This document shows positions 50,801 to 59,599 of a stretch of 64,000 bases of DNA, one piece after another. Positions within the stretch are counted from its first letter, which is position 1; each line of letters opens with the position of its first letter. Position numbers and translations under genes: made by a program. Source of the stretch: Minisyncoccia bacterium (GTDB taxonomy: Bacteria; Patescibacteriota; Minisyncoccia; Phycocordibacterales; Phycocordibacteraceae). The stretch spans positions 172,262 to 236,261 of the forward strand of contig JBEKII010000001.1 of assembly GCA_050011835.1 (NCBI GenBank), in the 5' to 3' direction. The notes under the pieces were generated by a model. That model was given only the letters and a program-made list of their open reading frames with translations, was not told the DNA's origin and did no database searches.

Positions 50801-51543
50801 GCGGCGAGCGTTTTCTCAAGCTCCTTGAGATTAATTTTGCAGAAAATATCGTAAATCGCTTCGGCACCGATACGCGCTTCAAAAAGTCCGCCGTACTTTA
50901 CCGAAAAACGATGATATTCAAGCTCGTCAAGAACCTTGCCCACGACGACGCTTTCAATCTCGTTCTTGGTAAACGTCATTTTTTCTTTTAACGCATCGCG
51001 TTCGTCGTCGCTCTCAAGTGATTTGTATTTTGACTTATATTCGCTTTCAAGTTCGGCGAGGAGATGCTTCTTTTCATCTTCCGCAATTTTGGTGACGATG
51101 TAGCCCGCGAAATATATCACCTTCTCAATATCCGCCGATGGAACCCCAAGCAGGAGCGCCATACGGGAAGGAACGCTACGGAGAAACCAAATATGCGCAA
51201 CCGGCGTGCAAAGTTCAATATGTCCCATACGTTCACGGCGCACAATGGAACGCGTAATTTCAACGCCACATTTATCACAAACAATACCTTTATAACGTAT
51301 GCCCTTGTATTTGCCGCAGTAGCATTCGTAATCCTTTTCCGGTCCGAAAATTTTCTCATCAAAGAGTCCGTGCTTTTCGCTCCGTTGGGTGCGATAGTTG
51401 ATGGTTTCAGGCTTGGTGACCTCACCGGAGGACCATGAAAGTATGCGCTCGGGCGACGCGAGCGTGAGACGCAAGCCGTTCCATATATCTTGCCTACCGG
51501 CAGATAAGCGCGAGGTGAAATTAGTGCGGGGGGTAGATGCCAT
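47806..51543 (-). CDS. rpoC: DNA-directed RNA polymerase subunit beta'
   Basis: NADFDGD catalytic motif, 1245 aa. Confidence 0.95.
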   Translation of the reverse strand: MASTPRTNFTSRLSAGRQDIWNGLRLTLASPERILSWSSGEVTKPETINYRTQRSEKHGLFDEKIFGPEKDYECYCGKYKGIRYKGIVCDKCGVEITRSIVRRERMGHIELCTPVAHIWFLRSVPSRMALLLGVPSADIEKVIYFAGYIVTKIAEDEKKHLLAELESEYKSKYKSLESDDERDALKEKMTFTKNEIESVVVGKVLDELEYHRFSVKYGGLFEARIGAEAIYDIFCKINLKELEKTLAARYEKAGAAEREKLAKRLSLIAGLIASGIRPEWLFLTRIPVIPPALRPMVALEGGRHATSDVNDLYRRVINRNNRLKKLIDIHAPEVILRNEKRILQEAVDALLDNSIRKSGASAGALTLAQRRPLKSLADYLKGKQGYFRQNLLGKRVDYSGRSVIVVGPDLELDECGLPKHMALELFRPFVIAGLLQRELAFNIRGAGRLIEDGVPEVWEILEEVIADKYVLLNRAPTLHRQGVQAFRPRLIEGDAIQLHPLVCNAFNADFDGDQMAVHVPLSEEAQWEAEHIMSANKNILKPGSGDMIVLIGKPLDIILGVYWLTKAVEKAKGEGEYFASPNAAILASEYNAIDMRASIKILPVAGKEKYAAFDGHPFETTVGRLLFNTVLPVDYPFVNENITKKVLARIVTDCIARYGLDAVPDIVNKVKRFGFEYATKSGVSWCVDDVSVPEKKPQVIERAVEKVTKIEDDYRNGLLSEEEKRRMVIETWQGVKQEVEQLVAETLDPMGSVADMVRSGARGTLGNLTQMAGMKGLIQNTAGETIEVPITSSFSEGLNPVEYFMSTHGSRKGLTDMALGTAKAGYLTRRLFDVAQDSIVTEKDCGTKRGVNINRVSASGIRIDYAEALRGRVLSEDVKDVDGTILFKKGHYLSAADAETLAASSITSIVARSPMSCETRYGICQICYGMDLTTQELVDVGEAVGTVAAQAIGEPGTQLTLRTFHTGGVASIGGDITSGLPRVEEVFEKRSPKNPAVISKTDGLVTEIKDVGHEKVIIVAPLAGQGKKDDALIEYLAPYPRVALVKEGDSVAKGQILTDGSIDLDDLFEYSGRAAVQEYIIAEVSKIYELQGAHVSRKHLEVIVKQMFSRVKITDAGDTDYSVGDVVEDWEFAKIVSEMKAAGKMEPAAREIVLGIKESALSRRSFLSAASFEQTTKILIGAALRGSVDHLRGLKENIILGRLIPAGTGFKGSKKHASIAKLQSARPAPSTVSRPSFFARTSRTL

Positions 51544-51567
51544 AAAAGTTGCAAGAAAATGAATAAG

Positions 51568-54500
51568 TTACACCTCCGCCGAGGGCGGCAGATTGAGCGG
51601 CTCAATATCAAGCGCGAGACCGCGAATTTGGTTGGTAAGAACTCCGAATGATGCGGGTGTGCCGGTATGGCTGATTGCTTCGTTTTTCACAATCGCATCG
51701 AAAGCCGCCGAACGGCCCTGGATATCGTCCGATTTAATGGTGAGCATCTCGCGCAGCGTGTACGCGGCGCCATAGCCGAGAAGCGCCCACACCTCCATCT
51801 CGCCGAAACGCTGGCCGCCGTTCTGCGCCTTGCCGCCCAAGGGTTGTTGCGTAATAAGCGAATACGGACCGATTGAACGCATATGAATTTTATCTTCCAC
51901 CATATGATGAAGCTTGAAGATATACATATAGCCGACGGCGATTGTCTGCGCGAATGCCTCGCCCGTACGACCGTCATAAAGTTGCATTTTCCCGCTTCTC
52001 GCAAAACCAGCCGCCTCAAGCTCGCTACGAATTTCGTCCGCAGTCGCACCCGCGAAGGGCGGAACAATCGCTTGGTAGCCAAGCGTGTGCGCCGCAAGAC
52101 CGAGGTGCATCTCAAGAATCTGCCCGAGATTCATGCGCGAAGGAACGCCAAGCGGCGTAAGAATGATGTCAACCGGATTGCCATCCTTGTCGTAGGGCAT
52201 ATCTTCAACCGGCAACACGCGGCTGATGACACCCTTGTTGCCGTGACGCCCGGCGAGTTTATCGCCGACGCTGATGTTACGAACTTGCGCGATGGTAACC
52301 ATAATTTTCTTGATAATGCCGCTTTCAAGCTGATCGCCTCGCTCCCGAGAAAAAACCCGAACGCCTATCACGCGTCCGCGCTTGCCGCCCTCCATCCGCA
52401 AAGAAGTATCTTTCACATCTTTCGCTTTATCGCCAAAGATACTCCGTAGGAGACGCTCCTCCGGCGTGAGCTGTGTTTCGCCTTTGGGTGTCACCTTGCC
52501 GACGAGAATATCGCCGGGACGCACTTCCGCGCCAATCCGAATAACGCCTTCTTCATCAAGATTCTTCAGCCGCAACTCTCCGACATTTGGAATATCATGT
52601 GTTGTCGTCTCGGGTCCCAGTTTCGTGTCGCGCACGACGCAATCAAAGTCCTCAATATGAACGGTGGTGAATTTCGCGTCTTCAACGAGACGTTCGGAAA
52701 TAATAATGGCATCTTCATAATTTGCGCCGTTCCAACTCATAAAAGCGACGCGCATGTTCTGACCCAGGGCGAGTTGTCCATGGTCGGTAGAGGAATTGTC
52801 AGCGAGCACATCGCCCTTCTTCACGATATCGCCCGTCCTGACTGACGGACGCTGCATGAACGTTGAGTTCTGATTCGTTCGCGTAAGTCTCTGGAGAACG
52901 TATTCTTTTGATTTCCCTTCTTTGTTCTTCACAATAATTTTTCGCGCATCGACATAGAAGACCTCGCCTGCTTCAAGAGCAAGTACGAGACGACCGGTGC
53001 TACGGGCGGCATGGGCTTCAATACCGGTTGCGACAAGCGGTGCCTCGGGGATAAGAACCGGGGTCGCCTGCTTTTGCATATTTGAGCCCATCAAAGCGCG
53101 ATTTGCATCATCATGGTTGATGAAAGGAATCATCGCGGTCGCAACGGAAAACATTTGATACAACGAGGCGTCCAAGAGCGTGATTGCATTGCGCACGGCG
53201 ATAATCGGCTCGCCCTTATGCCGCGCTTCAACGAGGTCGGAGGTAATGCGGCCATTTTCATCAAGATTGGTTGCGCCATGCGCAATCGTTTCCTTCTCTT
53301 CTTCAAGCGCATTAAGATAGACGACTTCGCGAGTCACAACTCCTTTTTCTACGCGAACGTAGGGCGTTTCGATAACGCCGAAATTATTCGTACGCGCATT
53401 GGTCGCGAGCCGAAGAATGAGTCCGATGTTTTGGCCTTCTGGCGTATGAATAGGACAGAGGCGTCCATAGTGACTAGGATGCACGTCGCGCACTTCAAAG
53501 CCCGCACGCTCTCTCGTGAGCCCGCCCGGGCCGAGCGCCGAGAGCGTGCGCATGTTCTCAAGTTCGGCCAAACTGTTCTGCTGTTCCATGAACTGCGAAA
53601 GTTGGTTGGCGGTAAAGAACTCGTGCACCGCCGCATGAAAGGGGCGCGGATTGATAAGCGCCATAGGGAGCGTGGTCTCGGTCGGCATCGTTGACATACG
53701 GTCTTGGATATTCCGCTTCATGCGACTCATGCCGACACGCATGCGCGCCTGCAAAAGTTCACCGACAAAACGCACTCGGCGGAACCCAAGATGGTCAATA
53801 TCATCGGGGCGCGCCGCAGGATCGGCATTTAATTTCGTTATTTCAGAAATAATGCGAACGAAATCCGAGAGAGTAAGCGTGCGTTTCTCAAGCGCTTTTT
53901 CAGAAACCGGAAGGCCGAAGCGCGTATTGAGGCGATGGCGGCCTACTTTCCCGATATCATAGCGTTCAGTGGAGAAGAGTGACTGTACAAAATTTTTCGC
54001 ATTTTCTGGAGTTGCGAGGTCGCCGTCGCGCATGCGGCGGTGAATTTCAATATATGCCTCTTCAACCGATTTTGCTTCATCATGCGCGAGCGTGGCTTTA
54101 AGAGCGGCAAGTGCAAGCGGGTCATTCTCAAAATGCTTCGCGAGTGAGTCACCTAATCCGCCGCCAAAAATCGTAAGGAGCTGAGTAACGGGGAACTTGC
54201 GCTTCCTATCAATTTTCACAAAAATGGCGCCGTCTGCTTCCGAGTCAAATTCAATCCAAACGCCGCGCAAGGGAATAATCTTTGCGCCAAAAAACGGTTT
54301 GCCGCGCAAGAGTTCTGAAACGAAGAATGCGCCAAAAGAACGTGCCAGTTGCGGAACGATGACTCGCTCAACGCCTGAAACGATGAAGGAACCGTGCGGC
54401 GTCATAAGCGGCATGTCCGCGAGGAAAATTTCCTGCGATTTCTCCGAGCCGAGCGTCTTATTAATAAGCTTCACGGTCGCTTTCAACGGCGCTTCGTACG

Positions 54501-54744
54501 TGCGCATGGTGTCGCGCACGAAGTCCTCGTCATATTTCGGTTCGCCAATTTCAAAACTCTCAAATTGAAGTTCAAACTTTTTACCCGAGTAGCCACTAAT
54601 TGGCGAAAATTCCTTAAAAAGCTCGGTAAGACCGTCTTTCAGAAGCCAATTAAATGAGCTGCGCTGATGCCCCACAAGGTCGGGGAACGGTACTCGCGGC
54701 GCCCGATATGCACCGAATGTCTTTTGAACGAGGTTCTTACGCAT
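51568..54744 (-). CDS. rpoB: DNA-directed RNA polymerase subunit beta
   Basis: Conserved rpoB blocks throughout; ORF opens at 54807 (GTG) but MRKNLVQKTFG Met at 54744 fits typical N-terminus. Confidence 0.95.
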   Translation of the reverse strand: MRKNLVQKTFGAYRAPRVPFPDLVGHQRSSFNWLLKDGLTELFKEFSPISGYSGKKFELQFESFEIGEPKYDEDFVRDTMRTYEAPLKATVKLINKTLGSEKSQEIFLADMPLMTPHGSFIVSGVERVIVPQLARSFGAFFVSELLRGKPFFGAKIIPLRGVWIEFDSEADGAIFVKIDRKRKFPVTQLLTIFGGGLGDSLAKHFENDPLALAALKATLAHDEAKSVEEAYIEIHRRMRDGDLATPENAKNFVQSLFSTERYDIGKVGRHRLNTRFGLPVSEKALEKRTLTLSDFVRIISEITKLNADPAARPDDIDHLGFRRVRFVGELLQARMRVGMSRMKRNIQDRMSTMPTETTLPMALINPRPFHAAVHEFFTANQLSQFMEQQNSLAELENMRTLSALGPGGLTRERAGFEVRDVHPSHYGRLCPIHTPEGQNIGLILRLATNARTNNFGVIETPYVRVEKGVVTREVVYLNALEEEKETIAHGATNLDENGRITSDLVEARHKGEPIIAVRNAITLLDASLYQMFSVATAMIPFINHDDANRALMGSNMQKQATPVLIPEAPLVATGIEAHAARSTGRLVLALEAGEVFYVDARKIIVKNKEGKSKEYVLQRLTRTNQNSTFMQRPSVRTGDIVKKGDVLADNSSTDHGQLALGQNMRVAFMSWNGANYEDAIIISERLVEDAKFTTVHIEDFDCVVRDTKLGPETTTHDIPNVGELRLKNLDEEGVIRIGAEVRPGDILVGKVTPKGETQLTPEERLLRSIFGDKAKDVKDTSLRMEGGKRGRVIGVRVFSRERGDQLESGIIKKIMVTIAQVRNISVGDKLAGRHGNKGVISRVLPVEDMPYDKDGNPVDIILTPLGVPSRMNLGQILEMHLGLAAHTLGYQAIVPPFAGATADEIRSELEAAGFARSGKMQLYDGRTGEAFAQTIAVGYMYIFKLHHMVEDKIHMRSIGPYSLITQQPLGGKAQNGGQRFGEMEVWALLGYGAAYTLREMLTIKSDDIQGRSAAFDAIVKNEAISHTGTPASFGVLTNQIRGLALDIEPLNLPPSAEV

Positions 54745-54936
54745 GTGGTATGGCGTGAAGTAATAAATAAAAGGAAAATATACAAATATAAACGCACGCA
54801 GACTCACCTCGCTTTTGCGTTCTTCTTCAATTCACGTATAAATTTTTTGCACCCCTGCCCTTCATTACTCACTCGTATCTGTATCTCCAATGTATCAGAC
54901 CGCCTTTATTTGCGCAAGTGGGCTGGGGATAAAGGT

Positions 54937-55224
54937 TCAGTTCACAAGACGTATTGATGAAAAGACGCCAATAAGGGAATCGAGCGCCGACTGGAAAGAT
55001 GCGAGCGACTTGGGTGTTGCGCGAGCAAGCGCGAGACCGCGAAGCATAAGGAGCCCCTCTTCATATGCTTCGGGGCGAGTAGTTTTGTGTAAAAGTTCAA
55101 GCGTCTGATATGCACGTGACAGCGAATCGTCATAGCGCGATTCATTTCCCTGCTTCGCCGCGTTGATACAACGAGAAACATCGGCGCCAAGATTCGCGAA
55201 GTAGAATGCGGCATCGCGCGTCAT
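54937..55224 (-). CDS. hypothetical all-helical protein (95 aa)
   Basis: ORF only; start overlaps upstream gene stop (ATGA). Confidence 0.3.
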   Translation of the reverse strand: MTRDAAFYFANLGADVSRCINAAKQGNESRYDDSLSRAYQTLELLHKTTRPEAYEEGLLMLRGLALARATPKSLASFQSALDSLIGVFSSIRLVN

Positions 55225-55577
55225 AAGCCAAGAAATGGAATCGCAAGCGCCACTACTTTACGTACAGCATTCCGCGTTTCTTCGCTCGTAATTTCCATGC
55301 TTCGATTCCCTTGCAGAGGCCGAATATTAATAAGCGAATTGTATTCAATTGCCGCCTCTCCCTTCTCTTTCGGATAAATATTAAAACCCCAGAGATTTTT
55401 TTGTTGTGAGCCATCTTCAATCAAGCGATTATTGGCGTCTATGTGCCATTCGCCGCCAAGAGCGACAATGGCGCGCGAAATATCTGCAACGCCTTTTACG
55501 AGCACGTGGTGCCACTCCTTCGCAAGCGCGTCAAGTGTTATTTTGTCTACTGGCTTGCGAACAATGAGTATTTCCAT
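55221..55577 (-). CDS. hypothetical protein (118 aa)
   Basis: ORF only; translationally coupled to 54937-55224. Confidence 0.3.
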   Translation of the reverse strand: MEILIVRKPVDKITLDALAKEWHHVLVKGVADISRAIVALGGEWHIDANNRLIEDGSQQKNLWGFNIYPKEKGEAAIEYNSLINIRPLQGNRSMEITSEETRNAVRKVVALAIPFLGL

Positions 55578-55594
55578 TTACTAATTATACCTTA

Positions 55595-55630
55595 TAAAAA
55601 CAGAACCGCCCTCCAACGGTTCTGTCGTTG
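55595..55630 (-). terminator. rho-independent terminator for gene 55643-56038
   Basis: On minus strand ACAGAACCG-ttggaggg-CGGTTCTGT followed by TTTTTATAAGG. Confidence 0.55.
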
Positions 55631-55642
55631 AAAGGCGGGTTA

Positions 55643-56038
55643 TTATCTTGACATTGCTCTTGCTACCATTGCAACGGTCCTGCGTCCGCAAAGATACCAA
55701 CCGACAGCGCGTAGTCGTTCCGAACGGCTTTGGGTTAGCAGATAAATATCTGCTTCGCTTGTGATGTCGAATATCAGGACTTCCTCGAATGCCTTCTTGC
55801 GATAGGATGCTTTGGTGCATCCTGCGATGCGGACCCAGTCCTCAAGAGATCTCGCTGTTTCGACGGCTCGTTTTAGCGACGCCGCCCGGAGATATTTGAG
55901 ATTACAATAGGGTTTACTCGCAAGATAGATATTGAGGCATTCCCCCGATTGAAGTCGCTCAAGAGCGTTATCAATTTTTCTTTTCGAAAAGCTCTTGGCT
56001 CTTCTAACGAAATTCCTGACTAACTCCATTTTCAACAC
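55643..56038 (-). CDS. hypothetical protein (131 aa)
   Basis: ORF only. Confidence 0.3.
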   Translation of the reverse strand: MLKMELVRNFVRRAKSFSKRKIDNALERLQSGECLNIYLASKPYCNLKYLRAASLKRAVETARSLEDWVRIAGCTKASYRKKAFEEVLIFDITSEADIYLLTQSRSERLRAVGWYLCGRRTVAMVARAMSR

Positions 56039-56082
56039 CTCCTTCCTTTGTGATAAATGACTGTCGTCTTCTGAATTAAATA

Positions 56083-56730
56083 CTACCTGCTAGACCGCCA
56101 CTTGTCAATGTTGGCGTGGTGGCCAGTTTGGAGGACAGTGGGGACGCGATATTTTTTCTTTTTATACAAAATGGTTTCGGGGCGGGTATAGACCGCACGA
56201 GAGGCAATGCGGCGCTCTTCAACTGACTCATCTTTCCCGAGAACGCCCGGGAGACGGCGCGTGATGGCATCAACGATAGCAAGCGCCGGAACTTCCCCGC
56301 CAGTATAAACGGCTTCACCGACGGCAAATTCTTTTACGGGCACGAGCGTCTTAAGGATTTTCTTTGCACGTTCATCAATGCCCTCGTAACGGCCGCAGAC
56401 AAGAGCGACCTCATCACATCTCGCAAGCACATCGGCATCTTTATTGGTAAATTGTTTCCCGCCCGGCGAGAACCAAACGACAACTTTCTTCTTAGAAGGG
56501 CTTCGGAGACTTTTCATGACAGCCTTCACCACAGGAAGTGCCATCATCACCATCCCGGGACCGCCACCGTACGGCCGCTCATCTACTTTCCCCCATTTAT
56601 TATCTACAAAATCGCGCGGGTTCTGATAATTCACCACAATCTTTTTTTCTTTTCGTGCACGTCCAATAATTGACGCCGAGAGATATGCATCGCACGCTTC
56701 AGGAAACAATGTGATTATATGAAACTTCAC
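56083..56730 (-). CDS. trmD: tRNA (guanine37-N1)-methyltransferase
   Basis: MKFHIITLFPE..., GYEGID, SPOUT knot motifs. Confidence 0.9.
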   Translation of the reverse strand: MKFHIITLFPEACDAYLSASIIGRARKEKKIVVNYQNPRDFVDNKWGKVDERPYGGGPGMVMMALPVVKAVMKSLRSPSKKKVVVWFSPGGKQFTNKDADVLARCDEVALVCGRYEGIDERAKKILKTLVPVKEFAVGEAVYTGGEVPALAIVDAITRRLPGVLGKDESVEERRIASRAVYTRPETILYKKKKYRVPTVLQTGHHANIDKWRSSR

Positions 56731-57035
56731 GACTTTATTTCATCAACGGCCTGGTCAACGGTCTTGTTTTCCTTCTCTCTCTTTCCTCCAATCGGCTCAT
56801 TAATCTTTAGATTCACTCGCGCATTCCCTTTCATCCCGACAACGCGGAGCAATATACGAATAGCTTCGGCAGTTTTACCGCTTTTACCGATGATCTTCCC
56901 CATATCTTCTGGGTGAACGACGAGGGTGAGCAACACTCCCATTTGGTCAATCGTACGTGTCGTTTCAACCGCCTCGGGATGGTCGGCGAGTGCTTTCACT
57001 ACGTATTCAAGAAATGCTTGGTCCGGTTCCATCAT
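56727..57035 (-). CDS. KH-domain RNA-binding protein (YlqC/UPF0109)
   Basis: IIGKSGKTAEAIR GXXG KH loop; sits between rpsP and trmD. Confidence 0.75.
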   Translation of the reverse strand: MMEPDQAFLEYVVKALADHPEAVETTRTIDQMGVLLTLVVHPEDMGKIIGKSGKTAEAIRILLRVVGMKGNARVNLKINEPIGGKREKENKTVDQAVDEIKS

Positions 57036-57037
57036 AA

Positions 57038-57373
57038 TTATGCCGCTGGCGCCGCTTCTGCAGCCGTTTCCGCAACCGCCTCTTTTATTTCCTTTTTAAT
57101 TGGTGTCTTCTTTGAAAGCACGTTCACTTTCTTCCCCTCAATAATTCCCTTAGTAATGAGGAGATTTCGGATTGAGCCGGTCAGCTGCGCACCCCGGGCA
57201 ACCCATTCCTTCACGCGCGCTTCGTCAAGCGTCAGCGCCTTGCTCCGAGGATTATACGTGCCGAGTTGCTCGGTAATATTGCCAGCTTTTGCCGCGCGCC
57301 CTTTTTCCAAAAGCACAATGCGAAACGCCGGGTCATTGGTCCGGCCGATGCGTTGGAATCGAATCATCAACAT
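57038..57373 (-). CDS. rpsP: 30S ribosomal protein S16
   Basis: MLMIRFQRIGRTNDPAFRIV...YNP conserved S16 N-terminus. Confidence 0.9.
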   Translation of the reverse strand: MLMIRFQRIGRTNDPAFRIVLLEKGRAAKAGNITEQLGTYNPRSKALTLDEARVKEWVARGAQLTGSIRNLLITKGIIEGKKVNVLSKKTPIKKEIKEAVAETAAEAAPAA

Positions 57374-57422
57374 GAGTAACGACTATAGCAGAAGTTCCCT
57401 ACTATTGCTAGAGTATAAGAAA

Positions 57423-59390
57423 ATGCCGTTAGAAACGATATATGAAGGCCCGATAACGATGACCCGGAAGGGTTTCGGTTTTTTCTCCGTTGACAAAGAA
57501 AAAGAAGACCTCATTATTCCGCCGGAATGGACCAATCATGCGCTCGCGGGCGATATCGTGAAGGTTGCCCCCGCGGGAGATTATCGTGACCCTACGGGAA
57601 GGATGCCTCCGCGCGCCTCTGGCAAAGTTATTGAAATTGTTTCGCGCGCGCGCGAGACGTTTGTCGGCACACTGATTGAAGAAAATGGAAAAATTTTACT
57701 CGCGCCGGATTATAAAAAAATGTATGCTCCGCTTGAAGTCCGCGAAACGGGAGATGCTCCGCTCGGATTTAAAGTGCTCGTCCGAATGAAAGGTTGGGAG
57801 GAAGAAGTCCCCTATCCATGGGGCGTTGTTGAAGAAATTATTGGTGCGGCAGGCGTTCATGAGACCGAGATGCGAGCGCTTGCGCTCGGGCAGGGATTTT
57901 CGCCAAATTTTCCTCCCGGCGTAGTCATTGAAGCGAAGAGTCTTGAGGAACGCGGAACGGTTATCCTTGAGGAAGAAACGGCGAATCCCAAACGCCACGA
58001 CTTCAGGGAAGTCGCCACCTGCACCATTGACCCGTTTGATGCGAAGGACTTTGACGACGCTCTTTCGGTACAGAAACGTGACGACGGAAAGATCGAGGTC
58101 GGCGTTCACATTGCCGATGTATCTTTCTTCGTGACGCCAGGAAGCGAATTGGACAAAGAAGCCCGCGAAAGAGCAACGAGTGTTTATCTCGTTGACCGCA
58201 CGATTCCGATGCTCCCCGAAATTCTTTCCAACGACCTTTGTTCGCTTAAGCAAGACGAAGACCGCCTCGCGGTTTCCGCCGTTTTTATTCTTGACAACGA
58301 AGCGAATATTCAGGACGTATGGTTCGGCGAAACAATTATTCGCTCCCGCAAGCGCTTTACGTACGAAGAGGCGCAAGACGTTCTTGACAGCGGCAAAGGA
58401 ATTATGGGCGAAGAGCTTTCCCTTTTGTTCAATCTCTCTAGGAAAATCCGCGCGCGGCGGCAAGCGAAAGGTGCCATTGAATTTGACACCGCTGAAGTGA
58501 AAGTTGAACTTAATGCCGAAGGTAAACCCATTGCGATCCACTTAAAAGAACAAAAGGCAACAAATCGCCTCATTGAGGACTTCATGCTCCTCGCGAACGA
58601 AGCGGTGGCGAAACACCTTGCAGGATTAACAAGCAATGATCCGTCGGCTGACGGGCATTTCGCGTCGCTCTACCGCATTCACGATGTACCCGATGCCGAC
58701 CGCATTGAAAATCTTGCGAACCTTTTGCGCGTCATGGGCTACCATTTGAAAACTTCAGGCGGGAAGGTCTCCGGCGCGGAATTAAACAGATTACTTGAAG
58801 AAGTGAAAGGCAAACCAGAAGAATATCTCGTGAAGACTGCGACTTTACGCTCCATGAGCAAGGCAGTGTATGCAACGCGCAACATCGGCCACTTTGGTCT
58901 CGCGTTTGATTTCTACACACATTTCACCTCGCCGATACGGCGCTATCCCGATCTCGTTATCCACCGGCTCGTAAAGGCGCATGCGGGGCCGCCCGGCCAG
59001 GGCGGCGCTCCGATTTCTAAACAAGAAATGCAAGAATTTGACTCGCTCGCGCTTCATGCATCAGAGCGCGAAGTCGCGGCGGCTGATGCCGAACGCGATT
59101 CAATCAAAATGAAACAGGTTGAATTTTTCGCCGGAAGAATAGGCGAGGAGTTTGATGCAGTTATTTCAGGCGTTACCGAACACGGTTTGTATGTTGAAGA
59201 AAAAGAAACGCACGCCGATGGAATGATTAATATTCGCAATGTGGGCGACGATTATTTTGAATATGACGAAAAACACTACTGTCTCCTCGGCCGCCGCACA
59301 AAAAAATGTTTCCGCCTCGGCGACCCGATCCGCGTTCGTCTCATCGCCGCCCGCATCCCTGAAAAAGAATTGGATTTTGTCCCGACATAA
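57423..59390 (+). CDS. rnr: ribonuclease R (RNB family exoribonuclease)
   Basis: Cold-shock-like N-domain, RNB catalytic core (..HFGLAFDFYTHFTSPIRRYPDLVIHR..), S1 tail; ORF is open from 56913 antisense through rpsP, so start taken at MPLETIYEG (alternative ATG 57372). Confidence 0.85.
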   Translation: MPLETIYEGPITMTRKGFGFFSVDKEKEDLIIPPEWTNHALAGDIVKVAPAGDYRDPTGRMPPRASGKVIEIVSRARETFVGTLIEENGKILLAPDYKKMYAPLEVRETGDAPLGFKVLVRMKGWEEEVPYPWGVVEEIIGAAGVHETEMRALALGQGFSPNFPPGVVIEAKSLEERGTVILEEETANPKRHDFREVATCTIDPFDAKDFDDALSVQKRDDGKIEVGVHIADVSFFVTPGSELDKEARERATSVYLVDRTIPMLPEILSNDLCSLKQDEDRLAVSAVFILDNEANIQDVWFGETIIRSRKRFTYEEAQDVLDSGKGIMGEELSLLFNLSRKIRARRQAKGAIEFDTAEVKVELNAEGKPIAIHLKEQKATNRLIEDFMLLANEAVAKHLAGLTSNDPSADGHFASLYRIHDVPDADRIENLANLLRVMGYHLKTSGGKVSGAELNRLLEEVKGKPEEYLVKTATLRSMSKAVYATRNIGHFGLAFDFYTHFTSPIRRYPDLVIHRLVKAHAGPPGQGGAPISKQEMQEFDSLALHASEREVAAADAERDSIKMKQVEFFAGRIGEEFDAVISGVTEHGLYVEEKETHADGMINIRNVGDDYFEYDEKHYCLLGRRTKKCFRLGDPIRVRLIAARIPEKELDFVPT

Positions 59391-59599
59391 AAAGAGTAAG
59401 CCGCCACGATTAAACGTAGCGGCACGTGTCAGGTTTATAACCTAGGGAAGCCTCTCGTGTCGCGCCACGAGGAGTGAAGAAAGGTTACTAGGCCCTAAAT
59501 AAGCTTGCAGTTCGGACTCGACTGCGCCCCTCGCCTTTCCATTCCAAATGGAACCTGACTTGCCAGAAGAGTAGCGGTTGCTGTAAATCTAGTCAAGCA
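59391..59599. ncRNA. candidate structured ncRNA in convergent rnr/smc intergenic region (SRP-RNA-like GUCAGG...GGGAAGC motif; identity unresolved)
   Basis: 209-nt gap between two converging genes in an otherwise compact genome; several perfect hairpins (GCCGC/GCGGC, CTCGTG/CACGAG, GCAGT/ACTGC, TTCCATT/ATGGAA). Confidence 0.25.

Noticed and set aside
56913-57420. N-terminal 170 aa of the 825-aa rnr ORF
   Set aside because: This stretch is the antisense of rpsP and the KH-domain gene; the conserved RNase R N-terminus begins at MPLETIYEG (57423).
57696-58541. 281-aa ORF antisense inside rnr
   Set aside because: Fully contained in the well-supported RNase R coding region; R/K/F-rich composition typical of antisense frames.
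59391-59599. tmRNA or RNase P RNA in the rnr/smc gap
   Set aside because: Region is only about 209 nt. It lacks the tRNA-like GGGG...TTCGAATCC...CCACCA ends of tmRNA and the conserved GNAA/AGGAAAGUCCGGGCUCC P4 sequences of RNase P.
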